Shown here: one piece after another, positions 1 through 13,700 of the stretch | Position numbering within the stretch: position 1 is the first letter of the stretch | Layout of the letters: every line of letters starts with the position of its first letter | Assembly (NCBI GenBank): GCA_043228905.1 | Contig: JBHGNT010000008.1 | Span: 8,618,001 to 8,682,000 of the forward strand | Direction: 5' to 3' | DNA length: 64,000 bases | Source: Azolla caroliniana | Taxonomy: Eukaryota > Plantae > Polypodiophyta | Notes under the pieces: model-generated | What the model was told of the DNA's origin: nothing | Seen by the model: only the letters and a program-made list of their open reading frames with translations | The model's database searches: none | Position numbers and translations under genes: made by a program

Positions 1-28
1 TAAAAATTATGCTCTTACAAATTTCAAG

Positions 29-709
29 ATGTATCAACAGATAGTTGGAAAGCTTATCTACTTGACAATAACAAGACCAGATATTGCATTTTTTGTTGGT
101 ATTGTCAATAGATATATGCAAGAGCCTATGAAAGCGCACATGGTGATAGTAAAAAGAATTCTAAGATACATAAAAGGAACATTAGAATATGGTCTTTTGT
201 ATTCTAATGATGAGGTGTCTCCTAGTTTCTTTTGTGACGTAGATTGGGCTGGAGATAAAGAGACAAGAAGAAGTACAAGTGGATATTGTTGTTCACTTGG
301 TAGTGGAGTTGTGTCATGGTTATCAAAGAAACAACCAACTATTGCATTGAGCACCACAGAAGCAGAGTATAGAGTTACAACCCAAGCTACATGTGAAGCT
401 ACATGGTCAGAGATGTTATTAAAGGATCTTGGAGTCAAAATACAAAGACCATTAGTTATCTATTGTGATCACATAAGTGCAATCTTGTTAGCAAAGAATC
501 CTATTTTTCATGCTTGTACAAAACATATTGAGGTTCATTATCATTTCGTTCGTGAAAAGATAGTCGAAGGCCTTATTGATTTGAAACATATCAAAACAGA
601 GGATCAAGTTGCTGATATCTTCACCAAGCCATTACCAAAAGAGAAGTTTTTCAAGTTTAGAAGAAAACTTGGTCTTTATGATCTTAATGTGCTTGAGAGG
701 GAGTGTTGA
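29..709 (+). CDS. pol: Ty1/Copia pol C-terminus (RT end + RNase H), cut by window start
   Basis: Motifs ITRPDIAF, CDVDWAGD, STTEAEY, YCDHISAI, TKHIEVHYHFVRE, QVADIFTKPL; stop lies inside the LTR start TGTTGA. Confidence 0.95.
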   Translation: MYQQIVGKLIYLTITRPDIAFFVGIVNRYMQEPMKAHMVIVKRILRYIKGTLEYGLLYSNDEVSPSFFCDVDWAGDKETRRSTSGYCCSLGSGVVSWLSKKQPTIALSTTEAEYRVTTQATCEATWSEMLLKDLGVKIQRPLVIYCDHISAILLAKNPIFHACTKHIEVHYHFVREKIVEGLIDLKHIKTEDQVADIFTKPLPKEKFFKFRRKLGLYDLNVLEREC

Positions 710-963
710 GGATCAAGCACATTGGGATTTGAACCTTGTACCTTTACTTTATATATTATAGAACTTATAATAATGATATGTATCATTTATTATTATACGA
801 TAAACATACTAGCATGTAATGCATAGAATGTCATGCATACATGAAGCCATGTGGTGAGCATGTGGCGAACATGCTCGCATGCTTCATCTTATATAAAGGG
901 GGCTTACCCCCACCATTCAATAAGACTTATTTTTAGAAGATATCTCATATCTAGATCTCAACA
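704..963 (+). repeat. 3' LTR (260 bp) of the first Copia element
   Basis: PPT GAGAGGGAG directly before TGTTGAG; ends CTCAACA (7-bp inverted termini); TATATAAAG near 890. Confidence 0.85.
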
Positions 964-3955
964 GTTTCGTCCAATTCACAATAGTGTTGTTTTTACATCC
1001 AATTGCTCTATTTCCAGATTCATACTAGCTACTATACTCAGTACAGTTCGAATGGATGTCATCTTTACGACTAGTGCAAATATCTCATCAAAGTCAACCC
1101 CCTTCTTCTGTTGAAATCCCTTTAGTAAAATTCAGTCCTTCTATCTGGGTGAGAGGCCATCTTCTCCATTTTTCAGCTTGAAGACCAATATGTTTCTCAA
1201 GACTCTCTTAAATTTCGGTAGCTTTACCAAGTCGTAAGTATAATTTTTATGCTCGGAGTTCATTTCATCTTGCATTGCACTCTCCCACTTCTCCTTGTGC
1301 TCACCTTTGATGGATTCTTCATAACATTCCGGATCATCATCATCAATCAATAGGACATATTGCTTGGAGTTTCGAGAGGATGCTTTCCTTTTTCTAAGTG
1401 GATATCTTCTACCTCCCATGGTTGGCTTATGTTCGGATGTGTCATTCAGCTTGGGTTCATACATGTCAATCAGTTGTTGAAGGTCGACTAATTCCGACTC
1501 ATATGCCTTAGTCGATTTCAGTTGGTCAACTAAATCCGACTCATATATCAACTGGTTGCTCAGAGTCAACCAATTCAGATTTTGTTGTATCGACTAATTG
1601 TCTCCTATGAGCCGAATGTCTAGAGTTGGCTAGTGCTAAGTCCATAGTGGTTGGAGTCAATTGGGAAGACAACCCTGACTTCTGTTGTTTCCAGTCTTTA
1701 ATAATCTTGTCTTCCATGAATACAATGTCTCGACTCCTCACCACTTTCTTATCAAGTAAATCCTACATCATGTAGCCGAATTCATCTTCAGAGTACCCCA
1801 GGAATATGCATGGCTTCAACTTGCTATCCAAGCATCCAAACACTTTCATGTGTTGACAAAACACACTTTTACCTGTCCACACCATGGGACATCACCTTTC
1901 AAGGGCACTGAGGGAGGCTTGATTATAAGATAGACCGTTTTCATCATAGCTTCAGCCCAATATGATATTGGAAGCTTTGCATGTGACAACATGCTCCTCA
2001 CCCTTTCCATTATCGTTCGATTCCTCCTCTCTGCAAGACCATTCAATTTAGGGGTCTTTGGCATTGTATACTCGAGTTTTATGCCTTGGATCTTGCAATG
2101 CTCTTTGAATTGTCCTTTGTACTCTCCATCATTCTCTGTCCGGACAACTGTCAACTTCTTTCCCGACTCTCTTTCTGCTCTAGCCTGAAACTCCTTAAAG
2201 ACCGACAACACTTGGTCTTTAGACTTTAGCATGAAAGCCCACAACTTTCTGTTGTAGTCGTCAATTAATGTCACAAATTAATGTCCACCATGATGTGATT
2301 GAGCATCCATGTAGCATACATTCGTGTGGACCAATTCTATTGCACATTCTCTTCTCTCTGGTGACCTAGAGTCAAATGCAACTCTGTTTTGTTTTGCGGC
2401 TAGACAATCCATAAATTTTTCAAAATGCACCCCTTTTACTTTTGGAAGAAGTTTCTTCTCGACCAGGATATGCATGCCTCTCTCGGCCCCTCTCGCTCAT
2501 GTGATCAAGCCTCTTATGCCATAACTCACCATCTGAGCCCGCTGCCACATTTGCTTCATCTTTACACAACTTGGCATGCATCACATATAGTGTACCCTAT
2601 TTTCGTGATGGGACCACTATGAGACTTCCCTTGCAAAACTTCCACATACCATTTTGAAAGCTACCATAGTTGGATTCGTCGTCTAGTCTTTCGGTTGATA
2701 TCAGATTTAGTCTAACATCCGGCACATGTCATACATCCTTCAATACTAACTCACAACCGGTTTATGTTGTCAAACACACTCTGAATACTAGAGATCTTCA
2801 TGCTCCATTATCTCCCATCTTCACTATGGAGTCAATCTTTGCTCATATGAAAAGACTTTGGCAAATACATTGGATGCTAAGGTGTATAAGAATAAAGCAC
2901 AATATGAAAGGTTCAAGAGTGAAAAGAAGAAGGAACTTGAAGGGACATAAAGTTAGAGGCATTTTTCAAAAGTAGAAAAAGAAGGAAAAAACAGAAAGAA
3001 AAAAAGACGTAGAAAAAAGGCAGAGAAAAAGCTTATAACTTCTTCATCTCATATCCAAATTTCAAAAGAAAAGATTAATCATAACAAAGTTGATGAAGAG
3101 GTCTTTCTTGTATATGATAAATTTGGGATGACAAAGCATAAATGGTGATATAAAAAACGTCTCACATATATTCGAGGATATGTAAAAAGAAAAGAAAAGA
3201 AAAAAGGAAGAATAACACAACTAAAAACCTATAAATAGGACGGTATTCTTAACTATTGGGGAGGAGGAAGAAGAAGGCTAGAAGAAGTGAGAGACATTTT
3301 AGTAGAAGAAAGAGAGAAGAAAGAAGACTATTATGAATTAGTGGGATTGAGATTAAGGTAATTCTTTGTGGTTGTTACTTTTGGAGTCTAAGGAGATGGT
3401 ATTGTTTTCCTAATAGTATATTAAAGTATTCCTTTCTCTTCATCTTCTCTTCTCTATCTTTTTTCGATATCTCTCCATCATTCACATAACCATAATCACC
3501 AGTTGTGTTAGAAGAAAAACATTCTCTTGCGGGAGTTAAATGGAACAATGCACCAGAGTCAATCACCCAAGAGCATTCTTTTCTTCATTTGCAATGTTTA
3601 CACTCCCTTGCTTGCAAATGTATAAAAGCTCTTCTTCACTGATAGAATTGGCTGAAGTGCTTTTCTCCTCAGATATCTTCTTGTGTTCGACATCATTAGC
3701 AACACCTTTGTCTTTCTTAAGATATCGACAATACTTTTGGAAGTGTCTAGCAGGTTTCCCACAATAGAAACATGTGAGTCTTCCTATGGACTTGGACTTG
3801 GCATGAGACTTGTCTCTATTTTGTGGACTTATATGTTTGCTTCTTCCTATACAAATGTTTTGTGCCACATTCGCTTCCGATTGGGATGGAACGCCCTTGT
3901 CCTTTCTTCTTGTCTCTTCGTTAAGGATACTTGTCTATACCACTTGTAAAGACAA
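964..3955 (-). mobile_element. Decayed Copia internal region (gag end, protease, integrase, RT start)
   Basis: Knuckle CFYCGKPARHFQKYC, protease IDSGALFHL, integrase IDDYNRK...NGLAERRN, RT KFKLKN; many stops and frameshifts. Confidence 0.9.
2825..3480 (+). repeat. Solo LTR (656 bp) inserted in Copia protease region
   Basis: TSD TTCAC at 2820-2824 and 3481-3485; termini T(G)ATGGAG...CTCCATCA; CTATAAATAG near 3230; host reads GYV|KMGDNG once removed. Confidence 0.85.
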
Positions 3956-3959
3956 CAAA

Positions 3960-5963
3960 AACTTTGTTGTTGCGAGTTGGTTCATGCAAAAGATTACGTG
4001 TGGAAGTTTGCGAGTTAACCACACAGTCGGCTATGCTGAATAACAGACAACAGTTAAGTAAACATAGAGAATGGAGATACATAGTGAAAGAGACAGAGTG
4101 AAATACACTCTCACTCTCTCACTCACGGTTACAGAGGCAACTACCTCGTTCTAACTTTACAATAGTGATCAACTACCACATTACTAAAGTTTGTCCTAGT
4201 TGCTTATAATCAAAAGCAACTTTCTGGCTATTCACAAGTATAGCCCACAATGGGCATTTTAGACTATTTACAATTATAGTCTTCTGAAATAGTTTTGGTT
4301 TTTGATTTTGGTTTTGGTACTTCTCTTCCCATCCGGAGGGACATGTTTCCCAACAAACTCCCCCTTCACTCCAGCATGTGGTACTTCACCAAACCAACTC
4401 TCTATCAGCACACGTTTAGCTTTTTGGCTGATCGTCAACATATCCGATCCATTTTTGGCTGTGTGGATCTTCACTAGAGCAAACTCTTTTTCTTCGACTC
4501 GCTCTCGAAGCTAATGATATATTCTCTATATGTGTTTGGTCCTCAAGTGGTAGGCGTCATTTTTCGCAAGGTGGATGGCACTTAGTTTATCGCAATGGAG
4601 TTGGAATTCCTCTTGCCGAATTCCCAGTTCACCGATAAAATCCTTCATCCATATGATTTCCTTGCCGGCTTCCGATGCGGCCATATATTCGGCTTCCGTG
4701 GTTGACAACGCCACGGCCTTCTACATCTTCGACTACCACGAAATGGCTCCCCTTGCATAAGTCATTACTTACCCGGATGTGGATCAGTTGGTATCCACAT
4801 CAGCCGACATGTCTGAGTTAGTATAACCTTCCAGTGTGGGGTTACCTGAACCGAAACGAAGACACACGTTCGAGGTGCCTTTTAGATACAAAAGTATCCA
4901 CTTCACGGCAGCCCAATGCTCTCTTCCAGGGTTGCTCATGTATCGCCTAACCAGGCCAACTGCGTATCCTATGTCCGGCCTGGTACATACCATCGCATAC
5001 ATCAGGCTTCAACCTGCCAAGGCATAAGGAACTTTTGACATCTCAGTCTTCTCAATTTTCGATTTCAAACGTTGTTCTTTGCTTAGCTTGCAGTTCGTCG
5101 GTAGTGTCGAGCCGACCGGTTTCGCGCATTCCATGCCGAATCTCTAGAGCACCTTTGTCACGTATTTTTCTTGTGACAGCCACAACAATTTCTTTGTTCA
5201 CGTATTTGCTTTGCTGGACCCATATCCTTCATCGAGAATGATATGCTCAAGGCCTTTTTCAGCACTCAGATCTTCGTATGGTCCCATCCAACAATCAACA
5301 TGTCATCCACGTACAACATGAGGATGAAGAAATATCCTCCGTTGAATTTCTTCACAAATACGCAATGATCACCTTGCGTTTTGTGGTACCCATTGTCGAT
5401 CATGAAGGATTCGAATTTTTGGTACCATTGCCGAGCAACTTCCTTCAACCCGTACAAGCTCTTCCTCAATTGACATACTAGATTTTCTTTACCTTTTTCC
5501 ACGAATCCTTCCGGCTAGTGCATGTATACCTCTTCCTCCAAATCTCCATGGAGGAAGGCAGTCTTGACGTCCAGTTGTTCCGCTTCGAGGTCCATGCTGG
5601 CCGTGATCCTCAGCACGGTTTGGATTGACGTCATCTTTACGACCGGGGCAAATATTTTGTCAAAATCGACACGCTTCTTCTATTGAAAGCCTTTCATGAT
5701 GATTCGTGCTTTGTACCTGGATGGATTCCCGCCATCTCCCAGTTTCAACTTGTATAACCATTTATTCCGAAGTGCCTTCTTTCCTCTAGGCAGTTCGGTC
5801 AGTTCATATGTGTGGTTCTCATGCAAGGAATCCATCTCCTCTTGCATGCACTCAACCACTTTCGGATGTGGGTATCTTCCTTAGCTTCTTCAAAGCTTTC
5901 CAGTTGTAGATACTCACCAACACAGTACTTCTCTTCCCATCTAAAGGGACATGTTTCCCAACA
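3960..5963 (-). mobile_element. Internally deleted Copia (family A): 3' LTR ~3960-4355, RT/RNase H remnant, ~45-bp 5' LTR stub
   Basis: PPT/LTR junction at 4355; YVDDML and STTEAEY motifs; ~5920-5963 repeats ~4318-4355; left LTR end not resolved. Confidence 0.8.
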
Positions 5964-8900
5964 AATATTCCTATTTACTAACATAGGAATATAGGCCCCT
6001 AACAGCCTGTCAGATTCCATCCGACTCGGCCTAGCAGCTGATTCGGCTTTCGCCTTATTCAACCTATTCCGGGCCTAGCCGATCGGGCCCAAGTTGAGCT
6101 TGCTCGCTCAACAGTCCCCCTCAACCTCAACTTGAGGTTGGCTTGTTGTTTCAGCATCTACCGGTTCTAGCTTCCTGTTTCTCCTGGCATCTTCTTGCCT
6201 TGCTCGCGCTCCTTGTCCGGTCTAGTCCCGCGTCCAACAACCCCTTTGGTTCAATGCTCCTTGACCCATCTGGTTCCATGCTCCTCGACCCCTATAGTTG
6301 GTACGTCGGCTCTTTAGGCCCTTCTCAGCTCCCTCGTTGTCACGACATTGGCACCCTTCGACCCATCGGCTCCTCCTTATCGGCATCGACTTCAGTTGCC
6401 TCCTTGTCCATCTAGCCTGTATAAGATCTGTCTTGTCAGTTCGCTTCTCTCTCCCAGATCGGTTGTCTCCGATCTCTTGCCACACTCGACTAAATTGGTT
6501 GTCTCCAATTTGTCCTCGTTCAGGCCCTTGACCACATCTGACCATGTCTTGGTCCTAGTCGTTATCTTCAGGTCAGCTCTACCCTTCTTGGCTATGCCAC
6601 CTGCTCTGCCTGCTTCAGCTCTGTCTCCCCCTTGTTTGGTTGGCCCCGACTCCGGCTCGTTCTTGGCGCCACTCCCCCTACTTCTAGCTAGCTCCTTACA
6701 TCTGTCCACCCATCTGTCATGTACTCGACTTCTTCAGCCGGTCCGGATGTTCTGACTTCTTGAGTCATTCAGAAATCGAATTCTTTGTCTCATTTAGCTC
6801 CTTGGTCATCTCTCCCCTTGCTTCGGCTTTTGCTTCTCCCCCTCAAGTTCAGCAAGTCGAGATGTTGTAGACCAAGCATATTCGAGAGTTGCCACAACTT
6901 GTCTAGGATAAGAGGTTTAGTGAAGATATTGGCTACTTGTTGATCTGTTAGAACATATATGAGTTCCATTTCATCAGGGAGGACACACTTATAGAAAAAA
7001 GGATAGTGCACCTCAATGTGCTTGGTCCGGGCGTGGCAAATGGCTTCTTTGCTAGTTGAATGATCCTAAGGTTCTCGCAATATATAACTGTCGACTCAGA
7101 CACCTCCACATGCAAATCCTTCAAGAGCCTTTTTAGCCATATGCCTTTGCATGTTGCGATAGCCACTCCTCGATACTCGGTGCTCAACAGTGCTATTGTC
7201 GCCTTCTTCTTGCTGCTCCAGGTGATCGTGATGCTTCCGAAGTGAGAAGGCAAACCCTGATCTAGACCTGCGATTGCCAACATTTCCAGCCCAATCAACA
7301 TCCATGTAGCCAACCAATTGTTCAACAACACTGGTTTGATATAACAATGCCTTGTTGTTAGTGCTGCTAACATATCTCAATATCCTTTGCATGCACTGAA
7401 GGTGTTCGGTCTTTGGCTACAACATAAATTGACTAATTAGTCCGACTAGATAGCTCAGGTCCGGCCAAGTGATGGTCAAGTATATTAGGCTTCCAACAAT
7501 CTATCAAAATCATGTCGGGTTGCATGCCATTCCTAATTCTTGGCGAAGCTTCACATTTCGATCTAGAGGAGTTATGACGGATTTACAATCTATCGTCCCG
7601 AACATGAAGAGCATACTCATCACATAGTGCCTTTGGCTGATCTATATGCCTTCCGAGGTGCGGATCATTTCGATTCCAAGGAAGTAATGAAGGTCCCCCA
7701 TATCTGTTGAACGAGCAAGCTCAACTTGGGCTAGATCAACTGAAGAAGTCGAGAACTGGATTGGATTGAACCGATCGGTTAGGCCCAGATTGACTGAAGA
7801 AGTCTGGAGCTAGATCGGACGGAGACCGATCGGCGAGGTTTGATTGGTGGGATCCGAAAGGCCATTGGAAAGATATTCTGTGAAGGAAAATATTTAGGAG
7901 TTAGTGTAGTGGCTCATTTATGAGCATTCAAGTACTTATAGTACTTGTGTCACTCCTTTTATAAAAGTACTCTCTGAGCACAGTCGATGTACAGAGTTTT
8001 GAGTTTATTTTGAAACAGAGTTTATGTTCTGCTCTATCTGTCTCTCCCATGTACAATGTATTATGAAGGTTTCCATTAAACTTGCGTATTGTTTGTTGTT
8101 GTCCGGCTGAGCCGGTTGTGTCTACGCCTCCGCACCTAACTTGTTCAAGATCCTTCATGTCCAATGATGCCGCTAATAGAGGCTTCACGCGACCAATTTG
8201 TTCCAAGTTGGGGTCGGCGATGACTAGATCATCAACATATAGCAATATGCTAACCAACCCATTTTGTCCTTGCCGAATGAATAATGAAGAGTCTAGCTTG
8301 GACGGTGCAAAGCCCATCTTACGCAAATGTTGCGTGATTTTGGCATTCAAAGATTTGGGGCCTTGCCTGAGTCCATACAAGGACTTCTTCAGCTGGCAAA
8401 CTACTGATGTGTTCAACTCGGATAGAAATCTAGGGGATTGTACCATGTACACATGTTCCTCAACCTCGCCTTGTAGAACGCATTCTTTACATCCATCTCA
8501 TGTAAATGCCACCCCTTTGCTGCGACTACCGTTAGCAAGACACAAACGGTCATCATCTTCGCGACCGGCACAACCGTCTCATCGTAGTCAATGTCGTGTT
8601 ACTGCGCATAGCCCTTGGCCACTAGTCTAGCCTTGTACCTATTGATCGATCCATCGACATAATTTGTATTTTACCTTAAATACCCACCTGCATCCAATCA
8701 ACGTAACTTCTTTGGGGAGGTCAACTAGGTCAACCAAGTCCCATGTGTCGTTGTCATCTAGAGCGTGCATCTCTTCCTCCATGGTTGCTCTCCACTTGGC
8801 ATCTTGTGCCGCCTCCAAGTAGTTCTCTGGCTCAAATATCTCCTCCACTTTGGTCATGATGTGCCATGTACTCATTATATCCATACCGGATAACGGAGCA
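5964..8900 (-). mobile_element. Decayed Copia (family B): partial 3' LTR 5964-6113, 3' extension, RNase H, RT
   Basis: GAGGGGGAC|TGTTGAGC junction at 6113; LLYVDDLVI, DVDWAG, IGCRWVFKVK. Confidence 0.88.
7705..8147 (+). repeat. Solo LTR of family B inserted antisense in a family B RT
   Basis: Starts TGTTGAACGAGCAAGCTCAAC like the LTRs at 6113 and 43111; TSD ATATC/AGATC (1 mismatch); host reads DMKD|LGDL. Confidence 0.85.
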
Positions 8901-10118
8901 AGGTTTACACACGGGAAACACAATTTCAAATGCCTTTGTGAAAGGAGAGGTGCATGGGCAAGCCTGAACACTCCCTTGCCACAAGTCGCACGAACACACA
9001 ACCAAGGTTTACACACGGGAGATACAATTTCGAACGCCTTTGTAAAAGGAGAGGTGCATGGGCAAGCCCGAACGCTCCCTTGCCACAAGTTGCACGAACA
9101 CACAGGTAAGATTTACACTAACACGCAAGACACGATTTCGAACGCCTTTGTGAAAGGAGAGTTGCATGGGCAAGCCCGAACGCTCCCTTGCCACAAGTAG
9201 CACGAACACACAAGCAAGATTTACACTAACACGCAAGACACATAAGTTTGAATGCCTTTGTGAAAGGAGAGGTGCATGGGCAAGCCCGAAACACTCCCTT
9301 GTCACAAGACACACAAACAAATAAGCACAAACGACGATAACATATAAGACACATAGGTTTGAATGCCTTTGTGAAAGGAGAGGTACATGGGCAAGCCCGA
9401 AATGCTCCATTGTCACAAGACACAACAAATAAGCACAAATGACGATAACAAATAAGCATAATCAAGATTTACACATAACACAAGTAGATGAAAGAAAACA
9501 TTAGTTTATTATATCCATATAATAGATTCTTTTATAATATAAGAATCAGGTTACAATGGGTTGGATGCGAATATGAAGGATTGTTTATAAATGAATGGGG
9601 AAGAGAGGTGGAGGAAAGAAGAGAGTGGAGTATAGAAGGAGCTTCCTTGTTGATGATGTCTCTCGATGTTGTTGATCCTTCTTCTTCCGCTTTCCAATTG
9701 AGTAGAGCTTCTGCATCCCTTCTCCCTCCCCCTCTCTTCACTAGAATAGGCTCTTATTTATAGGTTTAGGATTGCTTGCCTTTTTCCCCTAAAAAAAGCT
9801 TGTCTATATGAGTCGACTTTTCTTTTCCTCACTATTTCTGTTTTCTAACCTCAAATTTCACATGCAATATATTCTTGGAAAGCTTTCTTATGCATCTTTT
9901 CTTTTCTAATTTGGACATCTGACGAGGAAATTATGAACTTTTTTCTCTACTTTGCTCCTCATATCCACGCGTGCTTCTTCTTTTTTTCTCCCCATCTTTT
10001 TCTCTACTTTTGAAAACCTCTTCTAACTTTTTATCCTTTCATTTATTACTATAGTTGACTTAACAACATTAATTTATTTGTACTACTATTTTATTCTCTT
10101 TTTAAGGGTGGTTTCACA
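8901..10118 (-). repeat. Truncated long LTR (probably Ty3/Gypsy type)
   Basis: Minus strand starts TGTGAAACCACCC; CCTATAAATAAG near 9760; ~9895-9940 resembles the reverse complement of ~3030-3073. Confidence 0.6.
8905..9480. repeat. Tandem array, 5 units of ~104-111 bp
   Basis: Core AA(T/C)GCCTTTGTGAAAGGAGAGGTGCATGGGCAAGCCCGAA at ~8929, 9033, 9141, 9251, 9362. Confidence 0.95.
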
Positions 10119-11284
10119 CTATCTGTCAAAAACATCACGACAACGGCTCCTAAGGGAGGTGTGACAATGGAATATGTGAAGAATGGAATTCTAAATGAAA
10201 ATGTGACGGAGGACGCAAGGAACAATATCATACTCGGAAGCTTTGGTTGCTAAAACTAGAGGAAGAAGCCAAAACAGAAGTGATGGCCGAAACAACAAAG
10301 GTAGAAGTAGAAGTAAGTGAAGGTCTAAATACAAAGATTTAGTTTGTCATTTTTGTGGTAAGACAGGTCACATAAAGAAATATTGCTTCAAATGGAAGGA
10401 GAATAAAGAGTCGAACTACGTGAAAGATAAGAAGAATGTAAATGACAATATTGATTCTGTTAATGTTGGTTCCTTTAATGATTTACTTATTGTATGTAAT
10501 AGTTACAATGAAATTAACATAAGTAGCCATGAAACCACTTGGATTCTTGATAGTGGTGCCTCCCACCATGTTACGTTTAGAAGGGATTTTTTCTCATCTT
10601 ACACTCCAACTAACTATGGTGTTGTGAAGATGGGGAATGATGGATTCGCAAAGGTAATCAACGGAGGAACCATTTGCTTGCAAACCAACTCGAGATTTAA
10701 GTTGATTTTGCATCAAGTACGACACATGCCCGATATTAGATTGGATCTAATCTCCACATGTACATTAGATGACGAGGGCTATAGCCATGCGTCTCAAAAT
10801 GGTAAGTGGAAAGTATGTAAGGGTTCTTTGATTGTTGCTAAAGCTAATAAATGTTGTCACAATGGTTTATATCTTTTGCAAGCTTCTATCTCCACTGACT
10901 TTGTCAAGTAGTTGAGAATCCAGATGTTTCAAAATTGTGGCATAAGAGATTGTCCCATATTAGTGAAAGGGGACTTGACTTTCTAGCTAAGAAGAACATA
11001 CTGCTAGGTTTAAAAGATATGAAATTCGATACATGCTATCATTGTTTGGCATCAAAGCTAAAAGGGTTTCCTTTAAGCATTCTTCTCTTCGACAAGAAAG
11101 TGTACTCGAGCTAGTGCATTTCGATATGTGTGGACCCTTGAAGGTAAGGTCAATAGGTGGAGCACTTTATTTTGTTACTTTCATTGATGATCATTCTAGG
11201 AAGCTTTAGGTTTGAATGTTGAAGTCAAAAGATCAAGTATTTGATGTTTTTAAAGAGTTTCATGTTTCTATTGAGAGAGAGGCA
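10119..11284 (+). pseudogene. Copia gag end / protease / integrase-start fragment
   Basis: CHFCGKTGHIKKYC, WILDSGASHH, LWHKRLSH, FIDDHSRK; stops. Confidence 0.9.
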
Positions 11285-12940
11285 TGACGAATAATAGTGC
11301 CCGGCCACAACCGAGTCTCACTCTCACAATGGAAGAAATAGAAAATAGAAAAAAGACGACACAAAATATTAGCATGGAAAACCCTAATCGGGAAAAACCA
11401 TGGGAGTTCTTGGAACTCCGAACAGGATCAGTATAGGAAGGAGGTATTACAGTAATAGTCATAAACATAAACAACTGGCGGATACAAACAAAAACAACAT
11501 TCTATATCTCTATCTCTCTCTGTCTCTATTTATACCACAACAACTACCAACAATATACATATTTATTGCCCTAAGTTATATTTATACTTACATAACTTAT
11601 GGGCTATTTGCAGATGTAGTCTCAACACCCCATGAGAAACATGAGATTTTGTCTCTCTTCCATTTCATACTGGATCCGACCAGACTCCTTCCAGGTCCAT
11701 CCGATCCGATTCCTTCCTTCGACTCGTCCAATCCGGCTTGTCCGGTTCTCATCTGCATCCCATCCGTAGGGACCGGTTTCCCAACAAACCCCCCCTTCAC
11801 TCCTGCATGGGATGTTTCACCAATCCTATCTATCTCCGACACATGTCCAGCTTGTCGGTTGACAACAACTTGGTTAGCATGTCCGACCTGTTCTCCTCCG
11901 TATGGATCTTCATCAACAAAAACTCTTTATCTTCTACTTTCTCCCGAAGCCAATGATATCTCCTCTAGATGTGCTTGGTCCGGGAGTGGTAGGTTGCGTT
12001 GTCATGAAGATTTCTGGCTATGGTGTGAAAACTAGATGGAATGGGCCAAGTTGTCAATGTGCAACATGTGCACATGTACATTAGGAAATGTATACAAATA
12101 ATAAGGGGGATAATTATTCCACATTGTAACATCCTTCCCTCTTTGGACTATAAAAGGAGGGAGGGGTCTCTTGTGAAGGGGTTGTCCATTTTGAGTTAGG
12201 AGGGTATACCACTTCGATCTAAGGTACAATAGTCTTGTATATTCCTTTTACTTTCCTTTAGGGTTTAGTAGCATTCTTCTTCTTCTTTCTTTTGGGTGTT
12301 CTTCTTGGAGTGGAGGTTTAGGGTTTCTCTCAGTTCCTATCTCTCTTCTTTGTTAGGGTTTTGTACGGTTTAGAGCTCACATGCTCTGAGGGTTTCTATT
12401 CGTAGCTCTGTCTCCTATGCAAGTCCCCACTCGTGTAGATGAGCCCGAGTGCTCCTCGACTAGCAGCTTGGCAGCAGACAGTTGTTGCCCTTTGATTAGA
12501 AGGCTCATCTTCAGTGCAAGGCTTCCACTCGCGTACGTGAGCCCGAGTGCTCCCCGATTGGTGCATGCGTGTAGATGGTTGTTGTATATGTTCGGTACTG
12601 GACCGGCTTGAAACCGGCGTTGTAATTTTGTGGTCTTGTATATACATTCATAAGAAGTTGTGCATATCTGTTTCTCTATTGGTGTCGGGTGCATTTCCTT
12701 CTTTTCGGCTTCTGTACATAGGAAGCGTGTGTTGAGTCGGTGTTGCGCGTGTGCCCTCTCTCTCTCCCTCTCTTCTGTTCGGTAGCCTCTGATACCCGTC
12801 CGGAATTGCTCCGGTTAGTGCCACGGCCGACGCGGCCCGTTCCAAAGAGAGTTGGTCTCTCGGTATCCATCTCTTCCTAATCTGTGACCTCAATGGTCCC
12901 GCCCAATCCGACATGTGCACACGGAATACCGCGACATCTT

Positions 12941-12958
12941 TGGTGAACCCAACGTGAA
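12941..12958 (+). promoter_or_regulatory. PBS complementary to tRNA-Trp
   Basis: TGGTGAACCCAACGTGAA, 4 nt after the LTR; recalled plant tRNA-Trp 3' end TTCACGTCGGGTTCACCA. Confidence 0.85.
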
Positions 12959-13037
12959 AGGGCGGCAAGGGAGGATGGAGTTGGAAGATGATGACTTCGT
13001 ACAGATGGTGGTCAAAGTGGTGATGGAGTTCGACTGA

Positions 13038-13700
13038 GTGACGATGAGACGAGAGGCAATGCAACAAGCGGTGAGGGGTGTGGTAGAAAGAGTCAGTTGT
13101 TTCAATGGGGACAAAGTCCCATTCTACTTGGAAGTCTACAATGCGGAAATGGAGGTGCAAGGTATAAACGAGGCATTGAGGCTGGAGTTCTTTTGTCGCG
13201 TCCCAACGGACCAGATGCACGTGGAAGTAAAAGAGCTCTGAGAAGCTCATAGTTCATGGGAGGCCTTCGAAGAGGCGCTCCTACAGGCATACGGAGGATG
13301 GCGTGAATTCGACTAGTGGGTTGCATCGGCAAAGACCCACTAGGGCACAAGAAAGATGTTCCTAGAGTTTGGGCGGCGCTTTGCTCAGCTCCTGGAACGG
13401 AAACAAAGATTGGTGGGGGTGGACAAATTCCTACTATTCATTAGGTCGATCGACCAGACAGAATGGGAGGCCATCGGAATCGAGCTCAAAGATGACGACG
13501 GAGCGAATGGCCTTACGGAGGATTAGTTGGAAGTCAAACAGGTATGCCGAAGGTTGGATAAGGAACGGCCTGCGAAAGGAAAAGGGAAGAAGACGTGCGA
13601 TGGCACGCCATCACAGCAGGGAACAGTCGCACGATGAGACGGAGCGGCGAGGCTTGATATCGAAGCCCTTGTCTGAGAAGCGTTCGAGGCTCTGAAGATG
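13038..13700 (+). pseudogene. gag: Decayed gag of C1
   Basis: FNGDKVPFYLEVYNAEM aligns with FGGKNATSYLEAYRAEM in ORF 40217-41353. Confidence 0.8.

Noticed and set aside
8905-9480. CRISPR-like repeat/spacer array or hammerhead ribozyme repeat
   Set aside because: Linkers are related to each other, there are no cas genes, context is a eukaryotic LTR, and no CUGANGA core is present
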